Source: Candidatus Hermodarchaeota archaeon
Lineage (GTDB): Archaea > Asgardarchaeota > Hermodarchaeia > Hermodarchaeales > Hermodarchaeaceae
Length of the DNA stretch: 53,331 bases
NCBI GenBank assembly: GCA_016839805.1
Contig: JAEOTO010000027.1
Span: forward strand, 1 to 53,331
Direction of reading: 5' to 3'
Part shown: piece after piece, positions 1-10,391 of the stretch
Layout of the letters: each line of letters opens with the position of its first letter
Numbering within the stretch: position 1 is the first letter of the stretch
Notes under the pieces: generated by a model
What the model was told of the DNA's origin: nothing
Seen by the model: only the letters and a program-made list of their open reading frames with translations
The model's database searches: none
Translations under genes and position numbers: made by a program

Positions 1-138
1 ATCTGTGGGCTAGTTTGTCTTATTGGGTGGCTTTGGTGGAGAGTATGGCAAATTGTCACCACACCATTGTCTCAACAGCCTAAATTGATGATTTCCATTA
101 AGAGTCGACTTGCAAGAAGAGAAACCGTTGAAGTCTAA
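1..138 (+). CDS. 3' end of a probable membrane protein (truncated by window start)
   Basis: Frame 1 is open from base 1 to TAA at 136-138 and reads ICGLVCLIGWLWWRVWQIVTTPLSQQPKLMISIKSRLARRETVEV, a hydrophobic helix plus basic tail. Confidence 0.55.
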   Translation: MCGLVCLIGWLWWRVWQIVTTPLSQQPKLMISIKSRLARRETVEV

Positions 139-433
139 GCACAAGATATAAGGTTAGCCTTTTATGACAAGCAAAAAACTCAAAAAATTCCAATTCAGTT
201 TTGGAGAAAAAAGAATAGAGAGCAGCTATACTTCGATTTTTACCCTTCTTCCAATTAATCTTTCCTTGAATTCAGTCATCAATTCTCTAAGAATACTCGT
301 CAGGTGCGATAGTGGTTTTAGACACTTTCTTGGTGTTGGGGGTTCCTAAAGGAAGTGTCGAATGAAACAGGTTTAAATCCTCCAGTTTGCTAGATAGAAT
401 TGACTTAATGAATAACACCAGATAGATAGGAGG

Positions 434-805
434 GTGAAGAGAATAGGACAGCAACAGACCAAGCAACAACCTAAATACAAAAAGTCATATGATGTGGTAC
501 TTGGCTATTGGGTGCTATTTAGCCTCATTATCTTCTTCCTAGTCTTTGGCGGGTACCTTGACTTCACAACTTGGATGATTAATTTTAATCCTCCGTATCC
601 CTTTTCCTTACGCCCAATTGGCTACACTCCAATTCCATTTGTGTGGTTCATAACGCCATTCATTGTGCTAGGTTTTATTTTCGCCATTTTAGCCTGGGCA
701 GGTTATGAACTAAAAGGAATCCCGCGCCTTAGAGGTCCCCTCTCTGACTACAACCCATTTAGGCGCAAAACAAAAGAAGCACAAAATAGCGAAGAAAACA
801 AGTAA
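434..805 (+). CDS. Small hypothetical membrane protein (2 TM)
   Basis: GTG start preceded by AGGAGG; two hydrophobic segments; charged termini. Confidence 0.7.
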   Translation: MKRIGQQQTKQQPKYKKSYDVVLGYWVLFSLIIFFLVFGGYLDFTTWMINFNPPYPFSLRPIGYTPIPFVWFITPFIVLGFIFAILAWAGYELKGIPRLRGPLSDYNPFRRKTKEAQNSEENK

Positions 806-936
806 GCTTATGCCAGGCCACATCCCCGCTAATCATATACTTGAATTACCCGAGCAGCACGTCAATATGTCCAAAAGATATTTGGCTATGTACTAGGCGA
901 AGTCTTCGAGTTCACCGAGGTTCGATGGTGGAGTGC

Positions 937-2610
937 ATGCAAACCAACAAAATCAAAGCAGAAACCATTACTCCGTCAAAGCTATCCAAAATTCGAGTGA
1001 TAGAAGGCGAGGAAACAATTTGCGAGAGTTGTAGCGATTACCTTACGGATGAGGCTCGGTTTGGGGATGGCTATGCAGAACGGATTTACTATGCTCGATC
1101 TGAAGCCGATGTTGTTGCCGTCGTGAATTGGGCGAATGAATCGAAAACGCTGCTTACGATATCAGCAGGACGTACGGGATTAACCGGTGGTGCGGTTCCG
1201 CAGGGGGGCATACTTCTGACATTGGAACAGATGGATAAACTCTGTGGCATGGGTTTTGATCAAGATCAAAACCGTTGGTATGTGTGCGCAGAACCCGGCA
1301 TCACTCTCGAGACCCTCAATTCAGCTATTCGGAAAAAACAACTGGATACCCTGAAAGGAAAAGGAACCTCTGAAGAACAAGCAGCACTTGAGAAGTACCT
1401 CAATGAATCTGAGACGTACTTTTTCCCCCCAGATCCGACGGAAATGACCGCGCATCTTGGAGGTTCTATCGCCGCGAATGCGTCCGGAGCTCGATCCTTT
1501 CGGTACAAGGCGATTCGAAAGTGGACCCGACGAATCCGTGTAGTATTAGCCAATGGCAATATTTTGGATATTCCACGGGGAAAATTCTTTGCAGAAAAAG
1601 GGATCTTCGAAGTTTACCTCACTGATGATAGCATACTTGAAATTAAAATTCCTGAATATTCAATGCCTACTACTAAGAATGCTGCAGGACTTTTTGCGCA
1701 TGCGGGAATGGATTTAATTGACTTATTCATTGGTTCAGAAGGCATTCTGGGTGTAATAACCGAAGCGGAAGTTTGGTTGGATAAATACCCCGAACGAACC
1801 CTGACTATCTTTGCTTTCTTTCCCACCGAAGAAACCGCTATTAACTTTGTTCAAGATGTTCGGAGCAAGCACAGTCCTGTGCAACCCACATTAGTCGAAT
1901 ACTTTGACTCCAATGCGGTGCAGATGCTTCGGGAGGCCCGTACTAAGGGAACAGGTGGTGTCACTGTTCCGTCCCAGGTCGAACAGTGTGAAGCGATCAT
2001 TTTCTTTGAAGTGCCATTTGCTGAAAAAGAAATGGAATCGGTCTTTATGGCTGCACAAGAATTACTCGGCAACCATGGCATTGGGATGGATGACACGTGG
2101 GCGGGAATTGACCCTGGGGACCTTGAGAAGATGAAGGCGGTTCGTCATCTCATTCCTGAAACGGTCAATGCCCTCATTGCGCAACGTAAACAGAAGTATT
2201 CACGCGTGCATAAACTAGGCACTGATATGGCAGTACCGGATGAACACTTGGAAATCATTATTGCCTATTACAAGAAACTCCTTGACGAAGCCAGATTAGA
2301 ATATATCATGTTTGGTCATATCGGTGATAACCATCTCCACGTCAATATCTTACCCCGAACCGATGCTGAAGTCGAGCAAGGTATGAAAATTTATCAGCAA
2401 TTCGCCAAGAAAGCCGTTGAACTCGGTGGAACTGTCAGCGCAGAACATGGCATTGGAAAATTAAAACGCCCTTTCCTCCGCATAATGTACGGAGATGAGG
2501 GCCTTAAGGAGATGGCTCAAGTCAAGCATGCACTTGATTCCAATTGGATTCTGAATCCAGGGAATATGATTCCAAAACCTGGTGAAACCCTGGAATCCCT
2601 TGACAGCTAA
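937..2610 (+). CDS. FAD-binding oxidoreductase, GlcD/D-lactate dehydrogenase family
   Basis: AGRTGLTGGAVP, FPPDPT, GSEGILGVITE, FGHIGDNHLH, SAEHGIG and LNPGNM motifs. Start moved to ATG 937 (GGTGGAG upstream); the ORF opens at 841. Confidence 0.88.
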   Translation: MQTNKIKAETITPSKLSKIRVIEGEETICESCSDYLTDEARFGDGYAERIYYARSEADVVAVVNWANESKTLLTISAGRTGLTGGAVPQGGILLTLEQMDKLCGMGFDQDQNRWYVCAEPGITLETLNSAIRKKQLDTLKGKGTSEEQAALEKYLNESETYFFPPDPTEMTAHLGGSIAANASGARSFRYKAIRKWTRRIRVVLANGNILDIPRGKFFAEKGIFEVYLTDDSILEIKIPEYSMPTTKNAAGLFAHAGMDLIDLFIGSEGILGVITEAEVWLDKYPERTLTIFAFFPTEETAINFVQDVRSKHSPVQPTLVEYFDSNAVQMLREARTKGTGGVTVPSQVEQCEAIIFFEVPFAEKEMESVFMAAQELLGNHGIGMDDTWAGIDPGDLEKMKAVRHLIPETVNALIAQRKQKYSRVHKLGTDMAVPDEHLEIIIAYYKKLLDEARLEYIMFGHIGDNHLHVNILPRTDAEVEQGMKIYQQFAKKAVELGGTVSAEHGIGKLKRPFLRIMYGDEGLKEMAQVKHALDSNWILNPGNMIPKPGETLESLDS

Positions 2611-2675
2611 TTCCGCAATTCTAGGACAGTTTTTATCCTTAGTAGAACCAGTCAACACCTTAGAGGTGCTATCCA

Positions 2676-3518
2676 GTGAGTCAAAAGGAAAAAATCACAC
2701 TTGTGGCACTACAGATTGAACCCCAACCAAAACCGGATGATACAATTCTCCAAACACAAAGATTACTCGAATCATGTCTTTCCCACCAACACGATATCAG
2801 TTGTTTTGTGTTACCCGAATATGCCTTCGGCACCTTCCGCGAATGGGCAATCAACAAACGCGAAAGCGATCTGATCACAATTCAAATCCAAGATGCAATC
2901 AAAGATCTGGCTAAACAATATCAGGTCCCTTTTATTGCTGGTACAGTCCCCCATCAGAACGAAGAAGGGCATTGGCGTAATCGCAGCTTCATTATTTCAG
3001 CGAAAGGAAAGGTTCTTGGATCGTATGACAAACAGCATCCCTTTCGAGCAGAAAAACAGCTAGACCTTAAACCAGGAACGCAAACACCCACATTCCAATT
3101 AAAAAATCTCAAGATGGCAGTGTTGATTTGTTCTGATTTATGGTATCATGATATCTTGGAACAAGTTGCTCCACAAGTGGATTTTATTGCTGTTCCAACG
3201 ATGACGACTGTATTAGATGAAAACTACATTCAGTATGGACGATGGGCCTGGCAATCTCTCATAGCAGTTCGAGCTAAAGAGTATACTATTCCTATTGTGA
3301 GTGCAGATCAAGCTGTTCGAGAATACGCTCCAGGAGTATTTACTTGTGGGGCTTCATGCATAGCAGATCCCTCATATCGTTTTACAAGGAAAGAGGGACC
3401 AGGTACACAATCCTTGAAAAGCACAGATGAGACTGTCAATGTAGTAATAAGCACGATTTCGCTAAAGGCGGTTCGTGATTACGCCGCATACCGACGAGAA
3501 GTGGGATTAAGCGGATAA
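2676..3518 (+). CDS. Carbon-nitrogen hydrolase (nitrilase superfamily)
   Basis: Catalytic triad motifs VLPEY, YDKQHPF and LICSDLW. Confidence 0.88.
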   Translation: MSQKEKITLVALQIEPQPKPDDTILQTQRLLESCLSHQHDISCFVLPEYAFGTFREWAINKRESDLITIQIQDAIKDLAKQYQVPFIAGTVPHQNEEGHWRNRSFIISAKGKVLGSYDKQHPFRAEKQLDLKPGTQTPTFQLKNLKMAVLICSDLWYHDILEQVAPQVDFIAVPTMTTVLDENYIQYGRWAWQSLIAVRAKEYTIPIVSADQAVREYAPGVFTCGASCIADPSYRFTRKEGPGTQSLKSTDETVNVVISTISLKAVRDYAAYRREVGLSG

Positions 3519-3572
3519 TAAAAGAGGATGTCCTCCAGCAGACAAGAGCCTGCCAGAGGATGTTGTGACATG

Positions 3573-6500
3573 CTAGCTAGCCTTTGGTTCAGGTTCTTTC
3601 TTCCGTCGGCGTATTAGTACAATGATTATGACCAACAGTAAGAGTATGACCAGGACAAGGGCAATGAGCCACCAGTTGTTTATAAGCCATTCAAGAATAT
3701 TGGGAGGTGGCGAAGTAACCGTTGTTATTGTAAAGATGGTTGAGTCACTCCACCCAATTCCATCGACATCCTCGAAATAGCAGCGAACAAAGTAATCCCC
3801 ATCAGCAAAAGTTGCCGTTGAGATATCGAGTATTTGCCAGGAATTCGTTGAGGTATCCCAGGAAAGATCGCCATAAGTAATGTTAGTGGTCCCTAGAAAG
3901 ATAGAATACGTATGTCTTGTAGCAGAAGTATCAGTCAAGATGTTATGGGTGGGACATTGAGCTGTAACACCTGTTATGTCAAGAAGGCGAAGAGCATTAT
4001 CATGGTTGACTGTGATTCCACTCACGGTAAGTTGTTGGGCAAAAGTGATGCTACCCTCATATGGGCTGTAATTGTGTTTCGTAACTGTAACATCCACTGT
4101 TGTAATAGCGGAGATTGAGATAGAAAAGGTGACATTCCCTGACGCATCTGTAAGTCCAACCTGATAGGTATGTGTACCACTAGAAGTCTGCAGACAAACT
4201 AAGGCTCCTGGAATTGCTACACCACCAGTAGTCTCTACATGAATGACCACTGAACCTGGTGTGGTAGTAGTCGGGTGAGATACTGTCATCGGTGCAGGAT
4301 TGGCAGTGAAGATATCGACTTCAGGGTCACCAAAGAGGGCATAGCTGAGAAGATTCTTGCGGTCATAGGTTTGCCACCAGCTCATATATGAGGGATTTGC
4401 CTGATACCATGGCCACAATGTTGCATTATACAATGCCTTACTATCATACAGTGTTTCTCCAGGTCGATAGTGTGTCCTGCCACTGAAGAAGAGATCCCAG
4501 AACATGTAACTCTGATTACGGCTAAGCCCCCAAGCATAAGAATTAGCCATGGGTCCCCGTTGATACCAACAGACCCGCATGGAACCCACATACCCAATTG
4601 CTTGGCTCATTAGAAAACTAGTTGCTAGGCTGCCTTGATAATAATCAAAGGCCCCAGTAAGGCAGGAATCAGTGTAAATTAATGGTGGGACATTTGATTG
4701 TTCGCTAATCGCCTGAACACTGTCGATGAAAGTACTCCACACGAACCAATCCCATTCATACCAATCGAGTTGTCCAGCATGCATTGTTCCTGCAGCGATT
4801 TCTCGATCGATGTTTATGTCATTGCTTGTCATTTCTCCATAATAGTAGCTTAACTCACCAGTATCAAGTGCTGATACATTGTTACTGAGAAGGCTTGGGA
4901 TGCTGACGTTGTAATAATCAATGAAGCCATGTGTGCTATTAGTGTGGTATTTCCGTATTGATGGGTCGCCGGTTCCTACGATGATACTATTTAGAGGTGG
5001 AGTTCCGCCGTGAGGATATCTATTTTGATCGACGTAGTCGATGCGAAGACAATAGACACCCTGAATATTTCCAGAGGCTTCGACTTGTTGTGGGGGATCA
5101 GGAAATACTTGGGATTCGAAGGTGTAGATAGCACCGTCTGAACAGCCAATTGCTATCTCATTAGAACCGTCGTTTTCGGCATCGCCAACATCAAGGCCTC
5201 GAACTTGTCCACCAAGACCCCAGTTAACTGTTACAAATCCCCAGTTGGGTGGAGTATATGTCCACAGATGTACGTCACCATCGAGATTCCCTAAGATATT
5301 CGTATACCCGGTGCCGACGGTGATTTCGCCTAGAGCATCATCGTCTGGATCGCCCACATCAATACTATAAATGGCAGCAGGCGCATGAGATCCTACGGGC
5401 CAAACGTTTGAGGTCCCCGCAGGCGTTCCTGTCGCGGCGAAAATAGAACCACTACGATGTCCCCAAGCGAGGTCCACATTTACACCAGGAGTATCTGTAA
5501 TTTCATCCAAGACATTATCCGCATTCCCAAACTCAATACAAAGTACAGGACTTGGGTACGCGTGAACCTGGTGCCGAGTCCAAGCTTGCGAGGGACGATG
5601 GAAATAGTAGACATAAGTGAAGCCCAGTAGTGTTCCAACAGCAACACATTGAGAACCATTATTCCAGAAATCACCAATGTCAACACAAGTTGGAAAATCT
5701 GGAAAAAGAGAATCGATTAGAATTCCTGTTTGAAATCGACTACCATTCAACATTACGACGTTGCCAGCAGCTGGCGAAAACCCATGAGTATACACAATTT
5801 CATTGTCAATGCCATCATGATCAGCATCGCCAATCGCTACTCCGGTGATATTACCGATTAACAAAGGTACCAGATTAAATCGTCGCCCATAGGGGTAAGA
5901 AGACGACCATGGGAAAAGTTGGTCATCATCATACTTTCGTTGAATGTCAATGGGACTACCATGCCCAGCGATGTTAATTAGGGCAGGTGAGAAGTAATTG
6001 AGGTATTGTCCAACTGCGGTGTTATTTAAGGGAACATAGGTATTTGTCGGTGTATAATCCCAGAAGAGGTATCGGGATTCATAAAGCCGAGCAGTTGTAT
6101 AGGTCCCAGGAATGATATTATCATCGAGCCAGTCACTCAATTCAGCTTCGTCGGTGTAATCATTGTTATCGTTCCATGCATTAACTTCTTCATCATAGTT
6201 GCTAATAGCTCCGGCTAATAAGAACCGGTCCCAACCCGTTGTTGCATATCCTGTGGGATAGCGTTCATACGAGATTGCCCGTTGTAATATAGTTCGAATC
6301 ATCAATTCGTCACTAAGGGGAATGCGTCCAACGTAAAGATCTGGTGCCCAATCTGAAATCTCATCTGTGCCAATAACGCCGCCTAGATTATGAGTCGTAC
6401 ATTCACCCCAGACGCCATCATTATCATCATCCCAATCATTATCATGCATTACCGAATAATAGAAATCCGTGGGTTTGAGTGTGGCACTGAGATTGGTCCA

Positions 6501-6950
6501 CTCATAGGTGTCTGGAAGATAAATGTAGCGTGGAGGTAAGGTGGAATTATCACCAATAAGGAGCACCCATTGTAAGACTGCTCCAGGTTGGGTATAGACC
6601 CAATGAATATAGTTCCAAATCTGTTCACTTAAATCGCGAATACTCGGACCAATTGGGAAAGTAATATTGATAAGAGTAATGTTCGCTACTTGCGTCGGAA
6701 CACCTTTTTTCGTCTTCCAGTCCGCAAAATCTTGCACCCAAGTATCATTTTTCGAGATAATCAGATATTCAGGGTTTGCGGGTTGAGGCACAATGGGACC
6801 AGTTACCACCTTTCCTCTGAGATGTGTTGTGGAACTAGCCCTATTCAACGCAGAAAGTGTAGAAGGTAGAAAAAGAGGAAAAAGGATCGTGAATGTCAGT
6901 AAAAAAACTAATGGAAATGTACATAATTTTGTAAAAGTAGAGCGTTTCAT
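3573..6950 (-). CDS. Membrane-anchored C25 (gingipain-family) cysteine peptidase with inserted FG-GAP propeller
   Basis: Signal peptide; C25 motifs YLII, WKTKKG, VLLIGD, TDFYYS, LYVGRIP, NIAGHG, DSCLTG and YALFGDP; Ig-like C-terminal domain (VTVTKHNY); C-terminal TM plus RRRKK. Confidence 0.85.
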   Translation of the reverse strand: MKRSTFTKLCTFPLVFLLTFTILFPLFLPSTLSALNRASSTTHLRGKVVTGPIVPQPANPEYLIISKNDTWVQDFADWKTKKGVPTQVANITLINITFPIGPSIRDLSEQIWNYIHWVYTQPGAVLQWVLLIGDNSTLPPRYIYLPDTYEWTNLSATLKPTDFYYSVMHDNDWDDDNDGVWGECTTHNLGGVIGTDEISDWAPDLYVGRIPLSDELMIRTILQRAISYERYPTGYATTGWDRFLLAGAISNYDEEVNAWNDNNDYTDEAELSDWLDDNIIPGTYTTARLYESRYLFWDYTPTNTYVPLNNTAVGQYLNYFSPALINIAGHGSPIDIQRKYDDDQLFPWSSSYPYGRRFNLVPLLIGNITGVAIGDADHDGIDNEIVYTHGFSPAAGNVVMLNGSRFQTGILIDSLFPDFPTCVDIGDFWNNGSQCVAVGTLLGFTYVYYFHRPSQAWTRHQVHAYPSPVLCIEFGNADNVLDEITDTPGVNVDLAWGHRSGSIFAATGTPAGTSNVWPVGSHAPAAIYSIDVGDPDDDALGEITVGTGYTNILGNLDGDVHLWTYTPPNWGFVTVNWGLGGQVRGLDVGDAENDGSNEIAIGCSDGAIYTFESQVFPDPPQQVEASGNIQGVYCLRIDYVDQNRYPHGGTPPLNSIIVGTGDPSIRKYHTNSTHGFIDYYNVSIPSLLSNNVSALDTGELSYYYGEMTSNDINIDREIAAGTMHAGQLDWYEWDWFVWSTFIDSVQAISEQSNVPPLIYTDSCLTGAFDYYQGSLATSFLMSQAIGYVGSMRVCWYQRGPMANSYAWGLSRNQSYMFWDLFFSGRTHYRPGETLYDSKALYNATLWPWYQANPSYMSWWQTYDRKNLLSYALFGDPEVDIFTANPAPMTVSHPTTTTPGSVVIHVETTGGVAIPGALVCLQTSSGTHTYQVGLTDASGNVTFSISISAITTVDVTVTKHNYSPYEGSITFAQQLTVSGITVNHDNALRLLDITGVTAQCPTHNILTDTSATRHTYSIFLGTTNITYGDLSWDTSTNSWQILDISTATFADGDYFVRCYFEDVDGIGWSDSTIFTITTVTSPPPNILEWLINNWWLIALVLVILLLLVIIIVLIRRRKKEPEPKAS

Positions 6951-6961
6951 ATTAATCGCGT

Positions 6962-7033
6962 TCCTGAGTAGCCATTAATTTCAGGACGGTATGCGGAAAG
7001 CTTCGGCTAGATAGTTACTCCGAAGACCTCCCG
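6962..7033 (-). promoter_or_regulatory. Two-hairpin structured 5' leader of the C25 peptidase gene
   Basis: Minus-strand CGGGAGG-U-CUUCGG/CCGAAGCUUUCCG (13 bp, two G-U) and UCCUGA/UCAGGA, located between a TTTTAAG box near 7070 and the start at 6950. Confidence 0.4.
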
Positions 7034-7255
7034 TTAACATCGCATCAACCCCCATTAGGGTACTCTGCTTAAAACCATTTACCTAGATTGCAAATGGTAG
7101 AAAAAGGCTACTTAGATGTCAATATTTAGTCAGATTTCCACAAAATCGGGGAGTCCAAATCAGAAAGGCGTTTATAGGTCTTAGTTTTCCTGCTATCTCA
7201 ATGATACGTTGTCAACGTTTCTTGAGGGTTAAGTCAACAAGATGGAAGACTTGTC

Positions 7256-7882
7256 CTAGCGCTTCGATTGTTCCATTTTCTCGTTGAGCTTTTGAAGTTC
7301 GAAAAGGATCTTCTGGAGGAGAAAGGAGGAATCTTCCACTGGGGGTTTCTCGACTTCAGTAGTCAAGGCATATCCGGAGCGATAGCGGCGAACGAGCTCT
7401 AAGACCCGTTGATTGATTTTTTCATAATCCATTAATCCATCGAGCGCAAGTTCAGGTGATGGCGCCCCAGACTGTGCACCCATTTGACCAGCTGTTTCGA
7501 TCTTCACACTTCCAATACCCAACGCTCGATCATAAGGTCCTCGTCGCAGTGACACATTTGTAATTGCCCGAACGGGAACTACTCGGCGTGTAAGTGTAAT
7601 AACTCCTCGAGAGACAATGATTTCGTCATCATGAATTTGATAGCGAATCCGGCGATAATAGAGTGGTATGGCAATTAGTCCTGGAATGGTCCAAATGAAA
7701 CAGAAAATAAATCCCCAGAAGAGGATATTAATCCCTAACCAAGTAAACCAGGGAATTGACTGAAAGAGAATGTAAAACATGACTGCGAGGGGCAGCACCA
7801 GAATTATGAAGAAGAAAAGTGGGAAAGTCAGTAGCTGGAGGTAATACTTGGTTCGTAACCGGGGGTCTGGTCGAAATTCCAT
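7256..7882 (-). CDS. Bacterial-type PH domain (bPH_2) membrane protein
   Basis: Two TM helices followed by YQIHDDEIIVSRGVIT...ITNVSLRRGPYDRALGIGSVKIETAG, typical of the YdbS/bPH_2 family. Likely start is ATG 7882. Confidence 0.85.
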   Translation of the reverse strand: MEFRPDPRLRTKYYLQLLTFPLFFFIILVLPLAVMFYILFQSIPWFTWLGINILFWGFIFCFIWTIPGLIAIPLYYRRIRYQIHDDEIIVSRGVITLTRRVVPVRAITNVSLRRGPYDRALGIGSVKIETAGQMGAQSGAPSPELALDGLMDYEKINQRVLELVRRYRSGYALTTEVEKPPVEDSSFLLQKILFELQKLNEKMEQSKR

Positions 7883-8024
7883 ATCCACTACCCTATGGTT
7901 GAATACAGGATTTTCAGATAAAAACTTTAGTAGTTGGTTATTAACATTAAACATGGGAATGGCAAGCCTTTTCCTTACCTTCGCTACATTATAGACCAAT
8001 AATGAATTGGGAGGACAACGTCCC

Positions 8025-9686
8025 ATGGAAAAACCCTGGTTGAAATTTTATGAACCCAACATTCCCGAAACCCTCGATATCCCTGAAATTCCCCTCCATC
8101 AGCTACTCGAAGATAGTGCAAAGGAATTTCCTGATGCGACTGCTTGCATTTTCCTTGGCCAAGAGAAGACTTACAAACTAATCAATGAAGAAGCAAACAA
8201 ACTGGCTAATGCATTGAATAAATTAGGCATTAAGCAAGGCGATGTTGTCGGTCTAATGCTGGGCAATATGCCCCAGTTCTTAACGGCCTTTTTCGGCGTC
8301 CTCAAAGCTGGTGGCATCCTCACCCTCATCAATCCCCTCTACCAAGCCCCCGAAATCCAATTTCAACTCAACGATTCTGGTGCCAAAGCAATCATCATTA
8401 TCGATATCATGCACGATAATTATGCGAAAATCCGCGATAATACTAAAATCGAACATACAATTGTGACCACGATGGCAGACGCATTTCCTGGTATGCAAGT
8501 AAGCTTCACTCCCCCCGATGTCAAAGGCTACCACCTATGGGGTGAATTACTCGAAAAAGCTGGAGCTAAACAACCGAAAATTTCACTTAACCCCAAAGAT
8601 ACACCGGCTGTACTCCTCTATACCGGAGGCACCACAGGAACCCCCAAAGGAGCCATACTGACACATTACAATCTCGTGGCTAACGCCCATCAATGCCGGA
8701 GCTGGATTCCCTTTGCTAAGCGAGGAAGCGAAGAAGCTACCCTCGCAGTTCTTCCCTTCTTCCACTCCTTCGGACTCACAGTTTGTATGATGAACACTGT
8801 AATTCTTGCTGGCAGACTAGTTCTACATCCCCGACCCGATCTGGACCAAATTCTCCGCGATATCCCTCGATACAAGGTCGCTTTCTTCCCCGGAGTTCCC
8901 ACCCTATATGCTTCATTACTCCAACGTGATGACCTCGACCAATACGACCTCAGTTCCGTAACCGCGTGTTTATCCGGTGCCGCTCCACTACCAATGGCTG
9001 TTGCCAAAGCTTTTGAAAAGATGGCAGGAGCGAACCTCGTAGAAGGTTACGGACTCACTGAAGCTAGCCCCGTTACCCACGCAAACCCTATACAAGAAAA
9101 ACCACCCTTTGATAAGAAACGCGAAGGCTCCGTCGGCCTCCCCATGCCTAGCACCCTGGCAAAAATCATTGATCTCGATACTGGTGAGGATTTGCCTCCA
9201 GGTCAAGAAGGTGAACTCGTTATCAAAGGTCCTCAAGTTATGAAAGGCTACTGGAACAAACCAGAAGAAACCACTAACCAACTCTCCGAAGATGGATGGC
9301 TTAAAACAGGCGACATCGCTCGAATGGACGAAGACGGATACTTCTACATTGTCGACCGAGCTAAACAAATGATCGACCGAGCGGGATTCAAAGTTTATCC
9401 ACGCGATGTAGAGGAAATCCTTTTCACGCATCCTAAAGTAGCTGATGCCGCAGTTGTTGGCATTCCTGATGAACGCCGTGGAGAAACGGTATTGGCCTTC
9501 GTTGTACTAAAAGAAGGAGAAACTGCCAAAGCCGAAGAAATCAAAGAATTCACGAAGGATAAACTGGCCTATTACAAACGTCCTGAATTCATAGAGTTCC
9601 GCGATGAACTGCCAAAAAGCATGGTTGGAAAAACGCTTCGGCGAGTCCTTCAAGAAGAATATCTTGCAAAACAAAAAAAGAAGTAA
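8025..9686 (+). CDS. Long-chain fatty acid--CoA ligase
   Basis: AMP-binding motif YTGGTTGTPKG, plus EGYGLTE, GWLKTGD, YIVDRAK and C-terminal PKSMVGK; FadD-like N-terminus EKPWLKFY. Confidence 0.93.
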   Translation: MEKPWLKFYEPNIPETLDIPEIPLHQLLEDSAKEFPDATACIFLGQEKTYKLINEEANKLANALNKLGIKQGDVVGLMLGNMPQFLTAFFGVLKAGGILTLINPLYQAPEIQFQLNDSGAKAIIIIDIMHDNYAKIRDNTKIEHTIVTTMADAFPGMQVSFTPPDVKGYHLWGELLEKAGAKQPKISLNPKDTPAVLLYTGGTTGTPKGAILTHYNLVANAHQCRSWIPFAKRGSEEATLAVLPFFHSFGLTVCMMNTVILAGRLVLHPRPDLDQILRDIPRYKVAFFPGVPTLYASLLQRDDLDQYDLSSVTACLSGAAPLPMAVAKAFEKMAGANLVEGYGLTEASPVTHANPIQEKPPFDKKREGSVGLPMPSTLAKIIDLDTGEDLPPGQEGELVIKGPQVMKGYWNKPEETTNQLSEDGWLKTGDIARMDEDGYFYIVDRAKQMIDRAGFKVYPRDVEEILFTHPKVADAAVVGIPDERRGETVLAFVVLKEGETAKAEEIKEFTKDKLAYYKRPEFIEFRDELPKSMVGKTLRRVLQEEYLAKQKKK

Positions 9687-9814
9687 ACCACCGTTTGTCT
9701 CATACACCGAGTCTACAAAAATATAGATTGTAGAAGCCTTGCGGATACTCACTCGGTAGTCCAATGTCGATAAATATGGGTAGGCCACGTGATTACAGGA
9801 CATGGTGATGCCTT

Positions 9815-10261
9815 ATGGCAAAACAGAATGATTCACATAGCTTCACAATTTTAGTCGAGCGAATGCATGATTATGAATTCCGGGTCCAATTTGATAAGGA
9901 CCAGTACGCTGAACTGATTATGGATGAGCCACCTCCAGTTGGACACGATAAGGGACCTAATGCCACACGTGTTCTTGCTGCAGCGATTGGGAATTGTCTC
10001 TCAGCGAGTCTGATGTTCTGTTTGCAGCGAAGTAAGTTGGAAGCTGATACGGTACGAGCAGAAGTTTCTCCGAGGGTTGCTCGTAACGAGGAAGGGCGAT
10101 GGCGGGTTGAACACATCGATGTGAAAATCATCATTAATACTAAGGAAGAGGATTCGAAGCGATTTCAACGATGCTTAGATATTTTCGAGAATTATTGCAT
10201 CATAACATCTTCGGTTCGACAAGGAATTCCAGTGGATGTGACAATCCATCAAGAAAAATGA
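9815..10261 (+). CDS. OsmC family protein
   Basis: DEPPPVGHDKGPNATRVLAAAIGNC with the second Cys in ENYCIITSSV. Confidence 0.85.
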   Translation: MAKQNDSHSFTILVERMHDYEFRVQFDKDQYAELIMDEPPPVGHDKGPNATRVLAAAIGNCLSASLMFCLQRSKLEADTVRAEVSPRVARNEEGRWRVEHIDVKIIINTKEEDSKRFQRCLDIFENYCIITSSVRQGIPVDVTIHQEK

Positions 10262-10391
10262 ATTAACACCGACTTATTCCAAAAATCTAACTAAACATTT
10301 ATCTGGAATCTCACCGACTGTTGAGTAGTGGAAGGGATTAATTCCCTAATCCTAATTAGGATATCAAAGAGTTCATGGAGACAAATTTCTA

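Noticed and set aside
164-469. Two short ORFs of about 60 aa near the window start
   Set aside because: They have no SD or motif support and overlap each other or the next gene; the region is likely intergenic.
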